This document shows positions 39,553 through 50,067 of a stretch of 59,335 bases of DNA, piece by piece. The notes beneath the pieces were generated by a model that made no database searches, was not told where the DNA came from, and saw only the letters and a list, made by a program, of their open reading frames with translations. Numbering within the stretch: the first letter of the stretch is position 1; every line of letters starts with the position of its first letter. The translations under genes were made by a program, and so were the position numbers. The DNA is from an uncultured Ruminococcus sp. (GTDB taxonomy: Bacteria > Bacillota > Clostridia > Oscillospirales > Acutalibacteraceae): contig CALYYZ010000001.1 of the NCBI GenBank assembly GCA_945607165.1, positions 1-59,335 on the forward strand, read 5' to 3'.

Positions 39553-41421
39553 TCACTTGTTTTGTGCAAGCCATATCAGCAATACGCTGATATCCGCAGG
39601 TGATACTCCTGAAATTCGGGAAGCCTGACCGATGTTCAGCGGTTTTATCCTGTTCAGCTTTTCCTGCGCCTCAAGCCGAAGGCCTGCAATCTGTGTATAA
39701 TCAAAGTTGCTCGGCAAAAGCTTTGCTTCAAGCCTTTGCATTTGTTCAACCTGTTTTGTCTGCTTCTGAATGTAGCCCTCGTATTTGACCTCGATTTCGA
39801 CCTGCTCAAAAATATTTCTGTCAAGCTTAGGACGATCCCTGTCAACTGCGGATAAGGCTTCATAATCAAGCTGAGGTCGTCTGATCAGTTCAATCAGCCG
39901 CACTCCTGTGGTAACAGGTGATGTTTCACGTGAAACAAGTATGTTATTCAGCTCGTCTGTCGGGGAGATAACCGTAGCCTTCAGTCTTTTAAGCTCTGCT
40001 TTTTTTAATGCTTGCTTTTCAAGAAACCTTTTGTATCGCTCTTCGCTTATCAACCCGATTTCATAGCCGAGAGGTGTAAGTCTTTCGTCAGCGTTGTCCT
40101 GACGAAGCACAAGGCGATATTCGCTTCTGGAGGTCATCATTCTGTAAGGCTCGTTTGCGCCCTTTGTAACTAGGTCGTCTATAAGCGTACCTATATATGA
40201 GGTGTCACGGGTGAGAACAAAGGGCTTTTTGCCCTGTACCTTAAAGGCGGCATTAATGCCGGCAATCAGTCCCTGTGCGGCTGCTTCCTCATAGCCTGAG
40301 CTTCCGTTAAACTGTCCTGCGCCGAATAGACCGGGCAATTCCTTGAATTCGAGGGTGGGGAGCATTGCAAGCGGATCAACGCAGTCATACTCAATGGCAT
40401 AGGCAGGGCGCATCATTACGCAGTGTTCAAGTCCCTTAATCGTGCGATAGAATTTAAGCTGTACCTCCTCAGGCAGAGATGAGCTCATACCCTGCAAATA
40501 CATTTCCTCTGTATCAAGACCGCAAGGCTCAATAAAAAGCTGATGCCTGGGCTTGTCCCTGAAACGCATAATTTTGTCCTCAAAGCTCGGGCAGTATCTG
40601 GGACCGACTCCCTCGATTTTTCCGGCATAGAGGGGTGAACGGTGGATATTTTCCAAAATAACCTGCTTGGTTTTTTCATTTGTCCAGCTTATGTGGCAGT
40701 CAACCTTGTTTTCTCCCAAATCATCTGTTTCATAAGAAAACGGACAGGGCGGCTCGTCGCCCTTCTGCACCTCAAGCTCGGAAAAATCAATCGAGCTTCT
40801 TAACATTCTTGCAGGCGTACCTGTTTTAAATCGGCGCAGAGGAAGTCCTAAATCCTTTAGGCTTTTGCCGAGAGCTGTTGCGGGAAATATTCCGTCGGGA
40901 CCGCTTTCGTATGAAACCTCTCCTACAAATATTCTGCCGCCTAAGTATGTGCCTGTGGCTATAATTACCGTTTTACAGGAAAATACAGCGAGCATACGGG
41001 TTGTAAGCTCGTAACCGTTTTCGGTTCTTTTGATATCGGTAATCTCAGCCTGACGAAGCTCAAGGTTGCTTTGCAGCTCAAGAATATGCTTCATAGTGTC
41101 GGAGTATTTTCTGCGGTCAATCTGTGCTCGCAGAGAATGTACCGCCGGACCTTTTCCACGGTTTAACATTCTTGACTGCAAAAAGCATTTATCAGCGGTT
41201 TTTCCCATTTCTCCGCCGAGAGCGTCAATCTCACGCACGAGGTGTCCTTTTGCTGTACCGCCTATTGAGGGGTTACAGGGACAATTTCCGACTGCGTCCA
41301 TATTTATTGTAAATACAGCAGTTTTACAGCCAAGCCTTGCAGCCGCAAGCGCCGCTTCAATTCCTGCGTGACCTGCTCCTATAACGGCGACATCATATTC
41401 GCCGGCAAAATAAGTGTTCAT
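39553..41421 (-). CDS. mnmG: tRNA modification enzyme MnmG/GidA
   Basis: GAGHAGIEAA, CNPSIGG, RFKTGTP, GPRYCPS, GYEEAAAQG. Confidence 0.98.
   Translation of the reverse strand: MNTYFAGEYDVAVIGAGHAGIEAALAAARLGCKTAVFTINMDAVGNCPCNPSIGGTAKGHLVREIDALGGEMGKTADKCFLQSRMLNRGKGPAVHSLRAQIDRRKYSDTMKHILELQSNLELRQAEITDIKRTENGYELTTRMLAVFSCKTVIIATGTYLGGRIFVGEVSYESGPDGIFPATALGKSLKDLGLPLRRFKTGTPARMLRSSIDFSELEVQKGDEPPCPFSYETDDLGENKVDCHISWTNEKTKQVILENIHRSPLYAGKIEGVGPRYCPSFEDKIMRFRDKPRHQLFIEPCGLDTEEMYLQGMSSSLPEEVQLKFYRTIKGLEHCVMMRPAYAIEYDCVDPLAMLPTLEFKELPGLFGAGQFNGSSGYEEAAAQGLIAGINAAFKVQGKKPFVLTRDTSYIGTLIDDLVTKGANEPYRMMTSRSEYRLVLRQDNADERLTPLGYEIGLISEERYKRFLEKQALKKAELKRLKATVISPTDELNNILVSRETSPVTTGVRLIELIRRPQLDYEALSAVDRDRPKLDRNIFEQVEIEVKYEGYIQKQTKQVEQMQRLEAKLLPSNFDYTQIAGLRLEAQEKLNRIKPLNIGQASRISGVSPADISVLLIWLAQNK
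39922..39937. promoter_or_regulatory. parS site inside mnmG
   Basis: Perfect TGTTTCACGTGAAACA (encodes VSRET). Confidence 0.92.
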
Positions 41422-41501
41422 TATAATTACCCTTACATCTGTTATTTTCTGCCATATGAAAAGCAGATTTGTTTTGTAAAAGAAACGGATTTACGAAAAA
41501 A

Positions 41502-42869
41502 TCATTTTCCCACACAGAAGTTATGAAATACTCTGTCTATGACCTCATCGCTTGTTTTTTCTCCTGTAAGCTCCATAAGCTCGGATATTGCGTCCTCCAG
41601 AGAAACGGTTACTGCGTCATAGGTCATTCCCGATGACAGTGCAGACAGAGCCTCTGTAATTGAGCCGAGAGCGTTGCTTACGGCAAGTCTTTGTCTTTCG
41701 TTTGACAGGATTCCCTCGCTCGGATTCAGTCCTGTCGTTCCTGCGAGCTTTTCTATTGCAGATATAAGCTCGTTTCTGCCGTCTCCGTTTGAGGCAGATA
41801 TATATACTATGTTGCTGATATTATCTGATATATAGCTTATATCAGCTGAATTCGGAAGGTCAGTCTTATTGATTACAGCAATACAAGGCAGGTCAGAGGC
41901 GGTTTTAATTAGCTTTTTATCCTCTTCGTCAAGCTCTCTGCTGTTATCGAAAACCGCAAGTAAAAGCGAGCATTGCTCAAGCCTTTTCTTGGCTTTGTCA
42001 ACGCCGATTTTCTCAACTGCGTCCTGAGTATCTCTGAGACCGGCTGTGTCGCTGAGTCTGAGAATTACATCGCCGGCTAAAACGGTTTCCTCAACAATAT
42101 CTCTTGTTGTGCCGGGAATATCCGTTACAATGCTTTTTTCACAGCCTGACAGCAGATTCATCAGCGTACTTTTGCCGACATTCGGCTTTCCTGCAATAAC
42201 GGTGTCTATTCCTCTTTTGACAGCCTGACCGCTGTCATAGGTGGACAAAAGGTTTTCAAGAACTGCCTTGGCTTTGCTGCAAGGCTCGAAAATCATATCG
42301 TCGGTTACCTCGGCTATGTCCTCCTCCGGATAGTCCGCCCAAGCGGAAAGATGAGCCGTGACAGTCAGCAGGTTTTCTTTGACCAAGTTGATTTTTTTTC
42401 TGACGGCACCTTCCTTAACGCAAAGAGCCGCTCTTGCCGCACTTTTGCTTTTCGCAGTAATCAAATCAATGACAGACTCCGCTTCGGTGAGGTCTATTTT
42501 TCCATTTAGGAAGGCTCTTTTTGTAAACTCGCCCGGCTCGGCAGGAGAAGCGCCTGCCTGAAGTGCAGCCCGGAGCACACGCTTTGTAAGATATATTCCT
42601 CCGTGACACGAAAGCTCGGCAACATCCTCGCCGGTGTAGCTGTGTGGGGCGCGGAAAACAAGAAGAACCGCCTCGTCAACAGCTCCCTCGTCATCAACAA
42701 CCCTACCGAAGGCGGCAGTATAGCCCTTCATTTGCGAAGGCTTTTTATTGCTTGGGCTGATAAAAATTTTGTCGGCAATTTCAAGAGCCTTATCTCCTGA
42801 TATTCTTATTACTCCGATTCCGCCCTCGCCCTGAGCAGTACTGATTGCCGCTACGGTTGATTTGTTCAA
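41502..42869 (-). CDS. mnmE: tRNA modification GTPase MnmE/TrmE
   Basis: GEFTKRAFLNGK, GKPNVGKS, GTTRD, DTAG, NKTD, FCVGK. Confidence 0.97.
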   Translation of the reverse strand: MNKSTVAAISTAQGEGGIGVIRISGDKALEIADKIFISPSNKKPSQMKGYTAAFGRVVDDEGAVDEAVLLVFRAPHSYTGEDVAELSCHGGIYLTKRVLRAALQAGASPAEPGEFTKRAFLNGKIDLTEAESVIDLITAKSKSAARAALCVKEGAVRKKINLVKENLLTVTAHLSAWADYPEEDIAEVTDDMIFEPCSKAKAVLENLLSTYDSGQAVKRGIDTVIAGKPNVGKSTLMNLLSGCEKSIVTDIPGTTRDIVEETVLAGDVILRLSDTAGLRDTQDAVEKIGVDKAKKRLEQCSLLLAVFDNSRELDEEDKKLIKTASDLPCIAVINKTDLPNSADISYISDNISNIVYISASNGDGRNELISAIEKLAGTTGLNPSEGILSNERQRLAVSNALGSITEALSALSSGMTYDAVTVSLEDAISELMELTGEKTSDEVIDRVFHNFCVGK

Positions 42870-42944
42870 AAAAGCCCCTCCTATATTTGTATAATTATTT
42901 GTTAAAAACGGATAGTAAAACAGGGCGGATAAACCGCCCCGAAA

Positions 42945-43730
42945 TTATTTATCTATTCTGCCGTAAAGTCCCAAGCCCTCGCCCTCGTTAAGAGGAACTC
43001 TGTCGGGATTAACGGGAGCAGGCGAGCCTGTGCGGCCTGTACCATAGGGGCGTTTGCCGCCTCTGCCCTTGTTGTAGCCTCCCCTGCGGTTGTTTCTAAC
43101 CTTCGGGTCGGGACCGATAACAACATGACGGTTAGCATTTTCGCCTTCACTCCACGAAATTGCTCCGTTAATATTCTGAACGGAGGTGTGGATAATTCTT
43201 CTTTCGTACGGATTCATCGGCTCAAGATTTGTCTTTCTGCCTGTTTTAATAGCCTTAAAGGCAAGCTTTCTTCCGAGAATCTCAAGGGTTTTCACTCTTT
43301 TTTCTCTGTAGTTGCCTGTATCGACAGTAACCTTAAAATATCCCTCGTCGGCGTGATTAGCCACAAGGCTTGTAAGATATTGGAGTGAATCCAGAGTTTC
43401 GCCTCTTCTGCCGATAACAAAGCCGACATCTTCTCCTGAGAGGTTAAACTCAACCCCGCCCTCAACAAGATTTTTCTCGATTGCAACGCCTGAGAGGTTC
43501 ATATTATCGAGCACATCTCTTAAAAACTGCTCTGCAACCTCGTCAGGAGTTGACTTAAGAGTAACCTTGACCTTTGCCGGAGCACCTCCGAAAAGGCCGA
43601 ATTTCTTTTTCTCGGCTCGTTGGATAACCTCAAAATCGACATCTGTCATTTCGTCAATGCCGAGCTGCTTTTTGGCGTCGCTGAGAGCTTCAAGCTCTGT
43701 TTCGCCGATTCCGATTGCTTCTTTAATCAC
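42945..43730 (-). CDS. jag: Jag/EloR (KhpB) RNA-binding protein
   Basis: KKKFGLFG, IGRRGETLDSLQYL (KH), MNPYERRIIH (R3H); GTG start after aaaggtg (ORF open to 43772). Confidence 0.93.
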   Translation of the reverse strand: MIKEAIGIGETELEALSDAKKQLGIDEMTDVDFEVIQRAEKKKFGLFGGAPAKVKVTLKSTPDEVAEQFLRDVLDNMNLSGVAIEKNLVEGGVEFNLSGEDVGFVIGRRGETLDSLQYLTSLVANHADEGYFKVTVDTGNYREKRVKTLEILGRKLAFKAIKTGRKTNLEPMNPYERRIIHTSVQNINGAISWSEGENANRHVVIGPDPKVRNNRRGGYNKGRGGKRPYGTGRTGSPAPVNPDRVPLNEGEGLGLYGRIDK

Positions 43731-43785
43731 GATTTTCACCTTTATTCTTAATGATTCAGAATGATAGCTCAAAATGAATCAAATT

Positions 43786-44775
43786 TTATTTCTTCTTTTT
43801 TGCAGTATTGTTTACCACAGCCGTAGTCTTCGGCGCATAAACATAGGGTACCTTTGCCTCGTTTTCAAACATAAGTGCAGCGTGTCTTGCCTCGGAATTT
43901 GCAGTGATTCTTGCCGGACTGTAAAGCTTTCCGAGCACTATCGACTGAACAAGACCGATAACGGCGGAAATAATCCAGTAGAAAGCAACGGCTGCCGGAA
44001 CCGAATATGCGATGAAAGCTGAGATAACCGGGAATACAATCAGCATTACCTTCATACAGCCGGGCTGCTGCATAGTATTTTTGTTGACTCTCATCATAAT
44101 TAACTGTGAGCCTATGTTTGAGAGGAAACAGAACACGGGGAAAAGAATATATCCCGAGAAGAATCCGTGTTCGCTGGGAATTGCCAAAAGGTCAACTCCG
44201 AATGTATTAAAGCCGCCTGCAAAATCAAGTATACGATTTATTTCGACAGAGGAAAACGCTTGTCCGAAAAGATTGCCAAGTGTGTCGGGATTTCCAACCT
44301 CAGCCATAAATTTGAGCAGACTGATTTCCTGATATGTGGGATTTGCGTTCATTGCGTATCCCGGAATGGCATTAACAGCCGCAATAGCGTCGTTAACGCT
44401 CTGGGAGTTAAGGTGCAGCGTGTTTGTAAGCGGATATGCAACCGCATAGAAAATTCCGAGGATAATGAGCATTGGAACAATAGTGGTAAGACAGCCTCCC
44501 GTTGGCTTTATGCCCTCTTTTTCATAGAGCTTGTTCATTTCTTCCTGAAGCTTTACCCTGTTGTTGCCATACTTTTCACGAAGCTCTTTTTGTTTTTTGC
44601 CCAGTCGTGCGTTGCCTGCCATCGACCTCTGCTGCTTGATGGAGAAGGGCAAAAGGACAAGCTTTATTATGATTGTAAAAACGATAATCGAAAGACCGAA
44701 GTTCTGGATAAGCCAAAACGCTGCCCAAAGGACATAGCCGAGCAGTCCGCCGAAAAATCCGAAGATTTGCTGCAT
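43786..44775 (-). CDS. yidC: Membrane protein insertase YidC
   Basis: NFGLSIIVFTIIIKLVLLP, P.GGCL, PAAVAFYW. Confidence 0.93.
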   Translation of the reverse strand: MQQIFGFFGGLLGYVLWAAFWLIQNFGLSIIVFTIIIKLVLLPFSIKQQRSMAGNARLGKKQKELREKYGNNRVKLQEEMNKLYEKEGIKPTGGCLTTIVPMLIILGIFYAVAYPLTNTLHLNSQSVNDAIAAVNAIPGYAMNANPTYQEISLLKFMAEVGNPDTLGNLFGQAFSSVEINRILDFAGGFNTFGVDLLAIPSEHGFFSGYILFPVFCFLSNIGSQLIMMRVNKNTMQQPGCMKVMLIVFPVISAFIAYSVPAAVAFYWIISAVIGLVQSIVLGKLYSPARITANSEARHAALMFENEAKVPYVYAPKTTAVVNNTAKKKK

Positions 44776-44850
44776 ATTTTTACCTCGCTTTTTACAAACG
44801 CCCTTGTTGGATTTCGGTCAGAGCGTTTATGAAATAGTATTCCGCATCGG

Positions 44851-45081
44851 TTAACGCCGTTTCTCCTTTTTTTCAGGCACAGGATCGTAGCCGCCCGATG
44901 AAAAAGGATTACAACGCAGGATCCGCCACAATGCAAGACCGCTGCCCTTCAGGGCTCCGAACCTTTCGATTGCCTCAAGTCCGTACTGCGAACAGGTAGG
45001 GTAATATTTACAATGCGCCTTCATATGCGGTGATATGGCTTTCTGATAAAACCTAATCAATGCTGTCAGTATTTTTTTCAT
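44851..45081 (-). CDS. yidD: Membrane protein insertion efficiency factor YidD
   Basis: [32 protein letters not shown]. Confidence 0.95.
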   Translation of the reverse strand: MKKILTALIRFYQKAISPHMKAHCKYYPTCSQYGLEAIERFGALKGSGLALWRILRCNPFSSGGYDPVPEKKEKRR

Positions 45082-45418
45082 TGTCGATAATCACACCAGC
45101 AGCCTTGAGGTGCTGTTTCATTGCTTTTAATACTGTTTGTGATTTTACATAGGGGGTTTTTCCCCTTGCTACAAATACAATATCACAGCCGCCGGTTATT
45201 TGCTCAAAAAGCTCATAATATGCGGCTCTGATAACTCTTCTGGCTCTTGTGCGCTTAACAGCCTTGCCTACCTTTTTGCCGGTAGTGATTCCGTATCGCA
45301 GTTTACCTGATCTGTTTTTTAAAACATAGGTCACTAAAACAGGACTCACAAACGACTTTCCCTTTCTGTAAAGACGGGAAAAATCACGGTTATCCTTTAT
45401 GGTGACAAATTCACTCAT
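45053..45418 (-). CDS. rnpA: RNase P protein component
   Basis: [19 protein letters not shown] (RNR motif), DIVFVAR. Confidence 0.93.
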   Translation of the reverse strand: MSEFVTIKDNRDFSRLYRKGKSFVSPVLVTYVLKNRSGKLRYGITTGKKVGKAVKRTRARRVIRAAYYELFEQITGGCDIVFVARGKTPYVKSQTVLKAMKQHLKAAGVIIDNEKNTDSID

Positions 45419-45487
45419 TATAAAACACCACCGGGCAAAATAGCAGCAATCAAAAAAGAAAGACCACCGAGTATAGTGGTCTCTTTC

Positions 45488-45622
45488 TTAGTAAGACAAC
45501 CTTTTTCTACCTTTAGCTCTTCTTCTTGCTAAAACCTTTCTGCCGTTAGCAGTAGCCATTCTCTTTCTGAAGCCGTGCTCTTTCTTTCTGTGAAGCTTTT
45601 TAGGCTGATATGTTCTCAACAT
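45488..45622 (-). CDS. rpmH: 50S ribosomal protein L34 (not in ORF track)
   Basis: [44 protein letters not shown]; RBS ggagg. Confidence 0.97.
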   Translation of the reverse strand: MLRTYQPKKLHRKKEHGFRKRMATANGRKVLARRRAKGRKRLSY

Positions 45623-45664
45623 AACTTGAAAACCTCCCTTCAATATATAACCTTGCAATATAGC

Positions 45665-45693
45665 ATTATATCTTACTTTTTGATATTAGTCAA
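45665..45693 (-). promoter_or_regulatory. sigmaA promoter for the rpmH operon
   Basis: TTGACT-17 nt-TATAAT on the minus strand. Confidence 0.8.
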
Positions 45694-45770
45694 GCCTTTT
45701 TTCGCCTGATTTACAGCCGCTTTGCTCATAAGATACTTTTTTGATAGGTTTTGCTCACATTCAAAAGGTA

Positions 45771-46412
45771 TTACCCGTCAATTTCGCCGGGGCAGAAGTC
45801 CTGCATACAGCAATTATCACAGTAAGCCTTTCGTGCGGTGCATATCGCCCTGCCGTGAAGGACAAGCCTATGACAAAAGTCGTTGCTTTCATCGGGCGGC
45901 AAAAGCTCCCTGAGAGCGAACTCAATTTTTTTTGCGTCCTTTAGCCTGTGGAGTCCGAGCCTTCGGGTGATGCGTATGCAATGGGTGTCAACCACAACGG
46001 CAGGCTTGCCGAAAATATCACCGCAAATAAGGTTTGCGGTTTTTCGTCCTATGCCGGGCAGCCTTGTAAGCTCCTCAATGCTGTCGGGGACTGCTCCGCC
46101 GAATTCGTCTCGGAGCATTTGCGCCATCGCCACCAAATCTCTTGACTTTGTTTTGTACAGACCGCAGGATTTTATATACTCGGCAACCTCATCGGGTGTT
46201 GACGAGGCAAAGTCGTCAACACAGGTAAAGCGTTCAAACAATGCCGGAGTAACCATATTGACTCTTTGGTCGGTGCATTGTGCGGCGAGTCGGGTTGCCA
46301 CAAGCAGCTCAAATGGGTCTGTGTATTCGAGCGAGCAAATTGCGTCGGGATATTCTTTTTTCAGGGCGGTTACGGCTTTTTCGGCAATCTGTCTCTTTTC
46401 GCTGTTTGTCAT
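45771..46412 (-). CDS. nth: Endonuclease III
   Basis: LAAQCTD, LPGIGRKTAN (HhH), VDTH, C-x6-C-x2-C-x5-C Fe-S motif. Confidence 0.96.
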   Translation of the reverse strand: MTNSEKRQIAEKAVTALKKEYPDAICSLEYTDPFELLVATRLAAQCTDQRVNMVTPALFERFTCVDDFASSTPDEVAEYIKSCGLYKTKSRDLVAMAQMLRDEFGGAVPDSIEELTRLPGIGRKTANLICGDIFGKPAVVVDTHCIRITRRLGLHRLKDAKKIEFALRELLPPDESNDFCHRLVLHGRAICTARKAYCDNCCMQDFCPGEIDG

Positions 46413-46528
46413 ATAAACTACCTCGGTGCTTTTTGGTTTAATAAATACAGTTTAACATAATTGAAAAGCTATTGCAATCAGATATGAAAACTGATAATAT
46501 ATATGTATAAAGTTATGGCGGTGATAGT

Positions 46529-47269
46529 GTGTATAAAAACTATATTTTTGACCTTTACGGAACTCTGATAGATATACGCACAGATGAATGGTCAGATGAT
46601 TTGTGGAAGAAAATGGCTATTCTCTATGGCTACAAAGGTGCGCTTTACAGCTTCGAGGAGCTTCATTCCGAGTATGACAGACTGGTGGAGCTTGAAAAAA
46701 AGACGGTAAGAAAAAAGCACCCCGATTACAAGGTTATCGACATCAAAATTGAAAAGGTGTTCAAAAAGCTTTATACTCAAAAGGGAGTAAAGGCAACAAA
46801 AAGTCTTGTTGAGTTTACCGCAGCGGCTTTCCGCTGTTATTCTACAAGCCTTCTTCGCCTTTATGACGGAGTAATCGACTTCCTTGATACATTAAAGGCA
46901 AAGGGAAAGAGGATATATCTTTTGTCAAATGCCCAAAGGTATTTTACCGTAAACGAGCTTGATATGCTTGGTCTTACAAAATATTTCGACGGAATTTGCA
47001 TAAGCTCAGACGAGGAGTGCTCAAAGCCTGACACTAATTATTTTAAAATTCTCTTTGACCGCTACGGACTTGAAAAAAGCGAGTCGATTATGATAGGAAA
47101 CGACCACCTGACAGACATCGGCGGTGCGGCTGATTTTGGAATTGACAGCCTGTATATTAAGCAGGAGATTTCTCCCGAGCTGTCAGAGTCTGACGAAAAG
47201 GAGCTTAAAAGCACCTACAGAATTTTGGACGGCGATGTATATCAGATGAAGAAGCTCACCGTAAAATAA
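46529..47269 (+). CDS. HAD-family hydrolase
   Basis: FDLYGTL, LLSNA, SKPD, MIGND..TDI.GA. Confidence 0.88.
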   Translation: MYKNYIFDLYGTLIDIRTDEWSDDLWKKMAILYGYKGALYSFEELHSEYDRLVELEKKTVRKKHPDYKVIDIKIEKVFKKLYTQKGVKATKSLVEFTAAAFRCYSTSLLRLYDGVIDFLDTLKAKGKRIYLLSNAQRYFTVNELDMLGLTKYFDGICISSDEECSKPDTNYFKILFDRYGLEKSESIMIGNDHLTDIGGAADFGIDSLYIKQEISPELSESDEKELKSTYRILDGDVYQMKKLTVK

Positions 47270-47323
47270 CATAAAATTGCCCCGATTGCGTATACTAAAG
47301 GAAAATACAAACGGGGTGAAGGT

Positions 47324-47527
47324 ATGAAAGAAAAGAAAAAACCGACAAATTCTCAAAAGCTTGATATGGTGCGTGAAAAGGGACAAAGCACCTGCTCGGC
47401 TTATGACTGCACGGGATTGATTCCCTCGGCTGTGTTTACCGAGGCACAGGAGGATTCCTATGAGGAGCTGTATCCTTTTATTCCCTCGCAGACGGATACC
47501 GCCGAGGATATTGATGGCAGGAAATAG
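47324..47527 (+). CDS. Small hypothetical protein (S..DCTGLIP motif)
   Basis: 67 aa, RBS ggggtg/aaggt, followed by a terminator. Confidence 0.65.
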   Translation: MKEKKKPTNSQKLDMVREKGQSTCSAYDCTGLIPSAVFTEAQEDSYEELYPFIPSQTDTAEDIDGRK

Positions 47528-47543
47528 TACAAAATAATATAAG

Positions 47544-47576
47544 AAAAGAGGAACACTTCACTGATGTTCCTCTTTT
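47544..47576. terminator. Bidirectional terminator
   Basis: aaaagaggaaca/tgttcctctttt between convergent genes. Confidence 0.7.
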
Positions 47577-47637
47577 TTTGGTGTTTTTTTAGTTCGTGCA
47601 GCCAACGCACGGCAAAGAAGCTTTATGCAATATGAAG

Positions 47638-48126
47638 CTATCTACCCGACTTAAAAAATTCGAGGGTGAGGCTTTTTTTGTCGGAGGAAAACTGTCTGAG
47701 CTTAATACCAGCGCTTGTGAGCATTCTTTTTGAGGCGATGGTTTCCTTTGAGTCGGCATATTTATCATAAAGATAAACCACTTCTCCGATACCCGACTGG
47801 ATAATCGCCTTGGCGCACTCGTTGCAGGGAAACAGGTCAACATACAGCTTTGCGCCCTTTAAGTCCTTTCCCCTTGCGTTTAAAATTGCGTTAAGCTCGG
47901 CGTGAACCACATATTTATACTTGGTGTCCTCGCCGTCACGCTCCCAGGGGAAATCATCGTCCGAGCAGCCGTAGGGAAAACCGTTGTAGCCGGTTGAAAG
48001 GATAATGTTGCCGCCGTCGACAATACACGCACCGACCTGTGTGTTGGGATCCTTGCTGCGCTTGGAAGCCAAAAGTGCAACTCCCATAAAGTATTCGTCC
48101 CAGCTGATATAGCCGTCTCTTTTCAT
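47638..48126 (-). CDS. dCMP deaminase
   Basis: WDEYFM, RSKDP.TQVGA, HAELNA, FPCNECAK. Confidence 0.93.
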   Translation of the reverse strand: MKRDGYISWDEYFMGVALLASKRSKDPNTQVGACIVDGGNIILSTGYNGFPYGCSDDDFPWERDGEDTKYKYVVHAELNAILNARGKDLKGAKLYVDLFPCNECAKAIIQSGIGEVVYLYDKYADSKETIASKRMLTSAGIKLRQFSSDKKSLTLEFFKSGR

Positions 48127-48157
48127 AATCTGCCTCCTTGCCCCGATGAAGAGCCTG

Positions 48158-48637
48158 TTACATAATTGAGCTTATCAGCCCGCCCTTTTTGATAATATTC
48201 TGGATAAACTCGGGAAACGGCTCAGCCTGATAGGTTTTGCCTGTTGTTTCGTTGGTGATAACTCCTGTGTTGAAGTCAACCGACACCATATCGCCCTCCT
48301 TGATGTCCTTTGCAGCCTCGTCGCACTCAAGAATCGGCAGTCCGATGTTGATTGCGTTGCGGTAAAAAATTCTTGCAAAGGTTGAAGCGATAACACAGGA
48401 AATTCCGCTTGCCTTAATTGCAATCGGAGCGTGTTCTCGTGAGGAGCCGCAGCCGAAGTTCTTTTCGGCAACCATAATGTCGCCGTCCTTTACCTTGTTT
48501 ACAAACTCTGCGTCAATATCCTCCATACAGTGAGCAGCAAGCTCCTTGTGTGAGGCGGTGTTGAGATAGCGAGCCGGAATGATAACATCGGTGTCTACAT
48601 TATCTCCGAATTTATGTACAATACCTTTTGCGTTCAT
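48158..48637 (-). CDS. leuD: 3-isopropylmalate dehydratase small subunit
   Basis: [34 protein letters not shown]. Confidence 0.93.
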   Translation of the reverse strand: MNAKGIVHKFGDNVDTDVIIPARYLNTASHKELAAHCMEDIDAEFVNKVKDGDIMVAEKNFGCGSSREHAPIAIKASGISCVIASTFARIFYRNAINIGLPILECDEAAKDIKEGDMVSVDFNTGVITNETTGKTYQAEPFPEFIQNIIKKGGLISSIM

Positions 48638-48658
48638 AATAAGTACCTGCCTTTCTGA

Positions 48659-49924
48659 TTAAAGCTTTTCGGGGTCAGTGATATAGCCCTTTACTGCGCT
48701 TGCCGCTGCAACGGCAGGGCTTGCAAGGTAAATTTCACTGTCGATGTGTCCCATTCTTCCTACAAAGTTGCGGTTGGTGGTGGAAATTGCCTTTTCTCCT
48801 GCCGCAAGAATACCCATATGGCCGCCAAGACAGGGTCCGCAGGTGGGAGTAGATACAACTGCTCCGGCTTCGATGAATATGTCAAAAAGTCCCTCGTGCA
48901 TAGCCTGAAGCCATATCTGCTGTGTGCCGGGGAAGATAATGCATCTTACATTTTTTGCGAGCTTTCTGCCCTTGAGAATCTCGGCAGCGGCACGAAGGTC
49001 GGTTATTCTGCCGTTTGTGCAGGAGCCGATAACGCACTGGTCAATCTTAACCTCGGTTTCGCCGATTTCGTCAACTGTTTTTGTGTTTTCGGGAAGATGA
49101 GGAAAGGCAACCGTCGGCCTGAGAGCAGAAAGGTCAATGGTGTATTCCTCATCATATACAGCGTCATCGTCGGCGGTGTATTCAACGGGAGTGCCCTTGT
49201 ATCTGCCGTTGCAGTATTCACGGGTGATATCGTCAACAGGGAAGATTCCGTTCTTTGCGCCTGCCTCGATAGCCATATTGGCAATGCAAAGGCGGTCGTC
49301 AATGTTGAGATACTTAAGTCCCTCGCCTGCAAATTCCATTGACTTGTACAAAGCTCCGTCAACGCCTATCTTACCGATAATATGTAAAATGACATCCTTA
49401 CCGCTCACGCAACCCTGAGGCTTTCCGATAAGGTTGAACTTAATAGCCGCAGGAACCTTAAACCAAGCCTTTCCGCTTATCATTCCGGCAGCCATATCGG
49501 TTGAGCCGACACCTGTTGAAAATGCTCCGAGTGCGCCGTAGGTGCAGGTGTGAGAGTCTGCACCGATGCACAAACAGCCGGGGCCTACAAGTCCCTGCTC
49601 GGGCAAAAGGGCGTGTTCAATGCCCATCTGACCGACATCCTTGTAGTTTTTGATATCATATTTGTCGGCAAAGCGTCTTACCTGCTGAACCTGTGTTGCA
49701 GCCTTGATATCCTTGTTAGGTGTAAAATGATCCATAATCATTGCAATTTTTGTGTTGTCAAACACAGAGGTCGCACCGTTTTCCTCAAAAACATTGATAG
49801 CAACGGGCGAGGTGACATCGTTTCCGAGCACCATATCCAGCTTTGCTTCGATAAGCTGACCTGCCTTGACCTCGTTAAGACCTGCGTGGGCGGCGAGGAT
49901 TTTTTGCGACATAGTCATACCCAT
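48659..49924 (-). CDS. leuC: 3-isopropylmalate dehydratase large subunit
   Basis: [34 protein letters not shown]. Confidence 0.93.
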   Translation of the reverse strand: MGMTMSQKILAAHAGLNEVKAGQLIEAKLDMVLGNDVTSPVAINVFEENGATSVFDNTKIAMIMDHFTPNKDIKAATQVQQVRRFADKYDIKNYKDVGQMGIEHALLPEQGLVGPGCLCIGADSHTCTYGALGAFSTGVGSTDMAAGMISGKAWFKVPAAIKFNLIGKPQGCVSGKDVILHIIGKIGVDGALYKSMEFAGEGLKYLNIDDRLCIANMAIEAGAKNGIFPVDDITREYCNGRYKGTPVEYTADDDAVYDEEYTIDLSALRPTVAFPHLPENTKTVDEIGETEVKIDQCVIGSCTNGRITDLRAAAEILKGRKLAKNVRCIIFPGTQQIWLQAMHEGLFDIFIEAGAVVSTPTCGPCLGGHMGILAAGEKAISTTNRNFVGRMGHIDSEIYLASPAVAAASAVKGYITDPEKL

Positions 49925-50067
49925 AGTTTAATCACTCCTTGTTATACATTAAAGTTTTAAAATGTTTTTTAAATAAGTAAGCACAAACGATTAAATCGGT
50001 GTTTCCCTAATTATTACATATAAGCCCGAAAAACTTTGTAAACTGTTTTACAATTTATATTTGGAAA

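Noticed and set aside
44167-44832. Long antisense ORFs over yidC (also over nth, leuC, pncB, noc, mobV)
   Set aside because: Shadow frames opposite well-supported genes, with no motifs.
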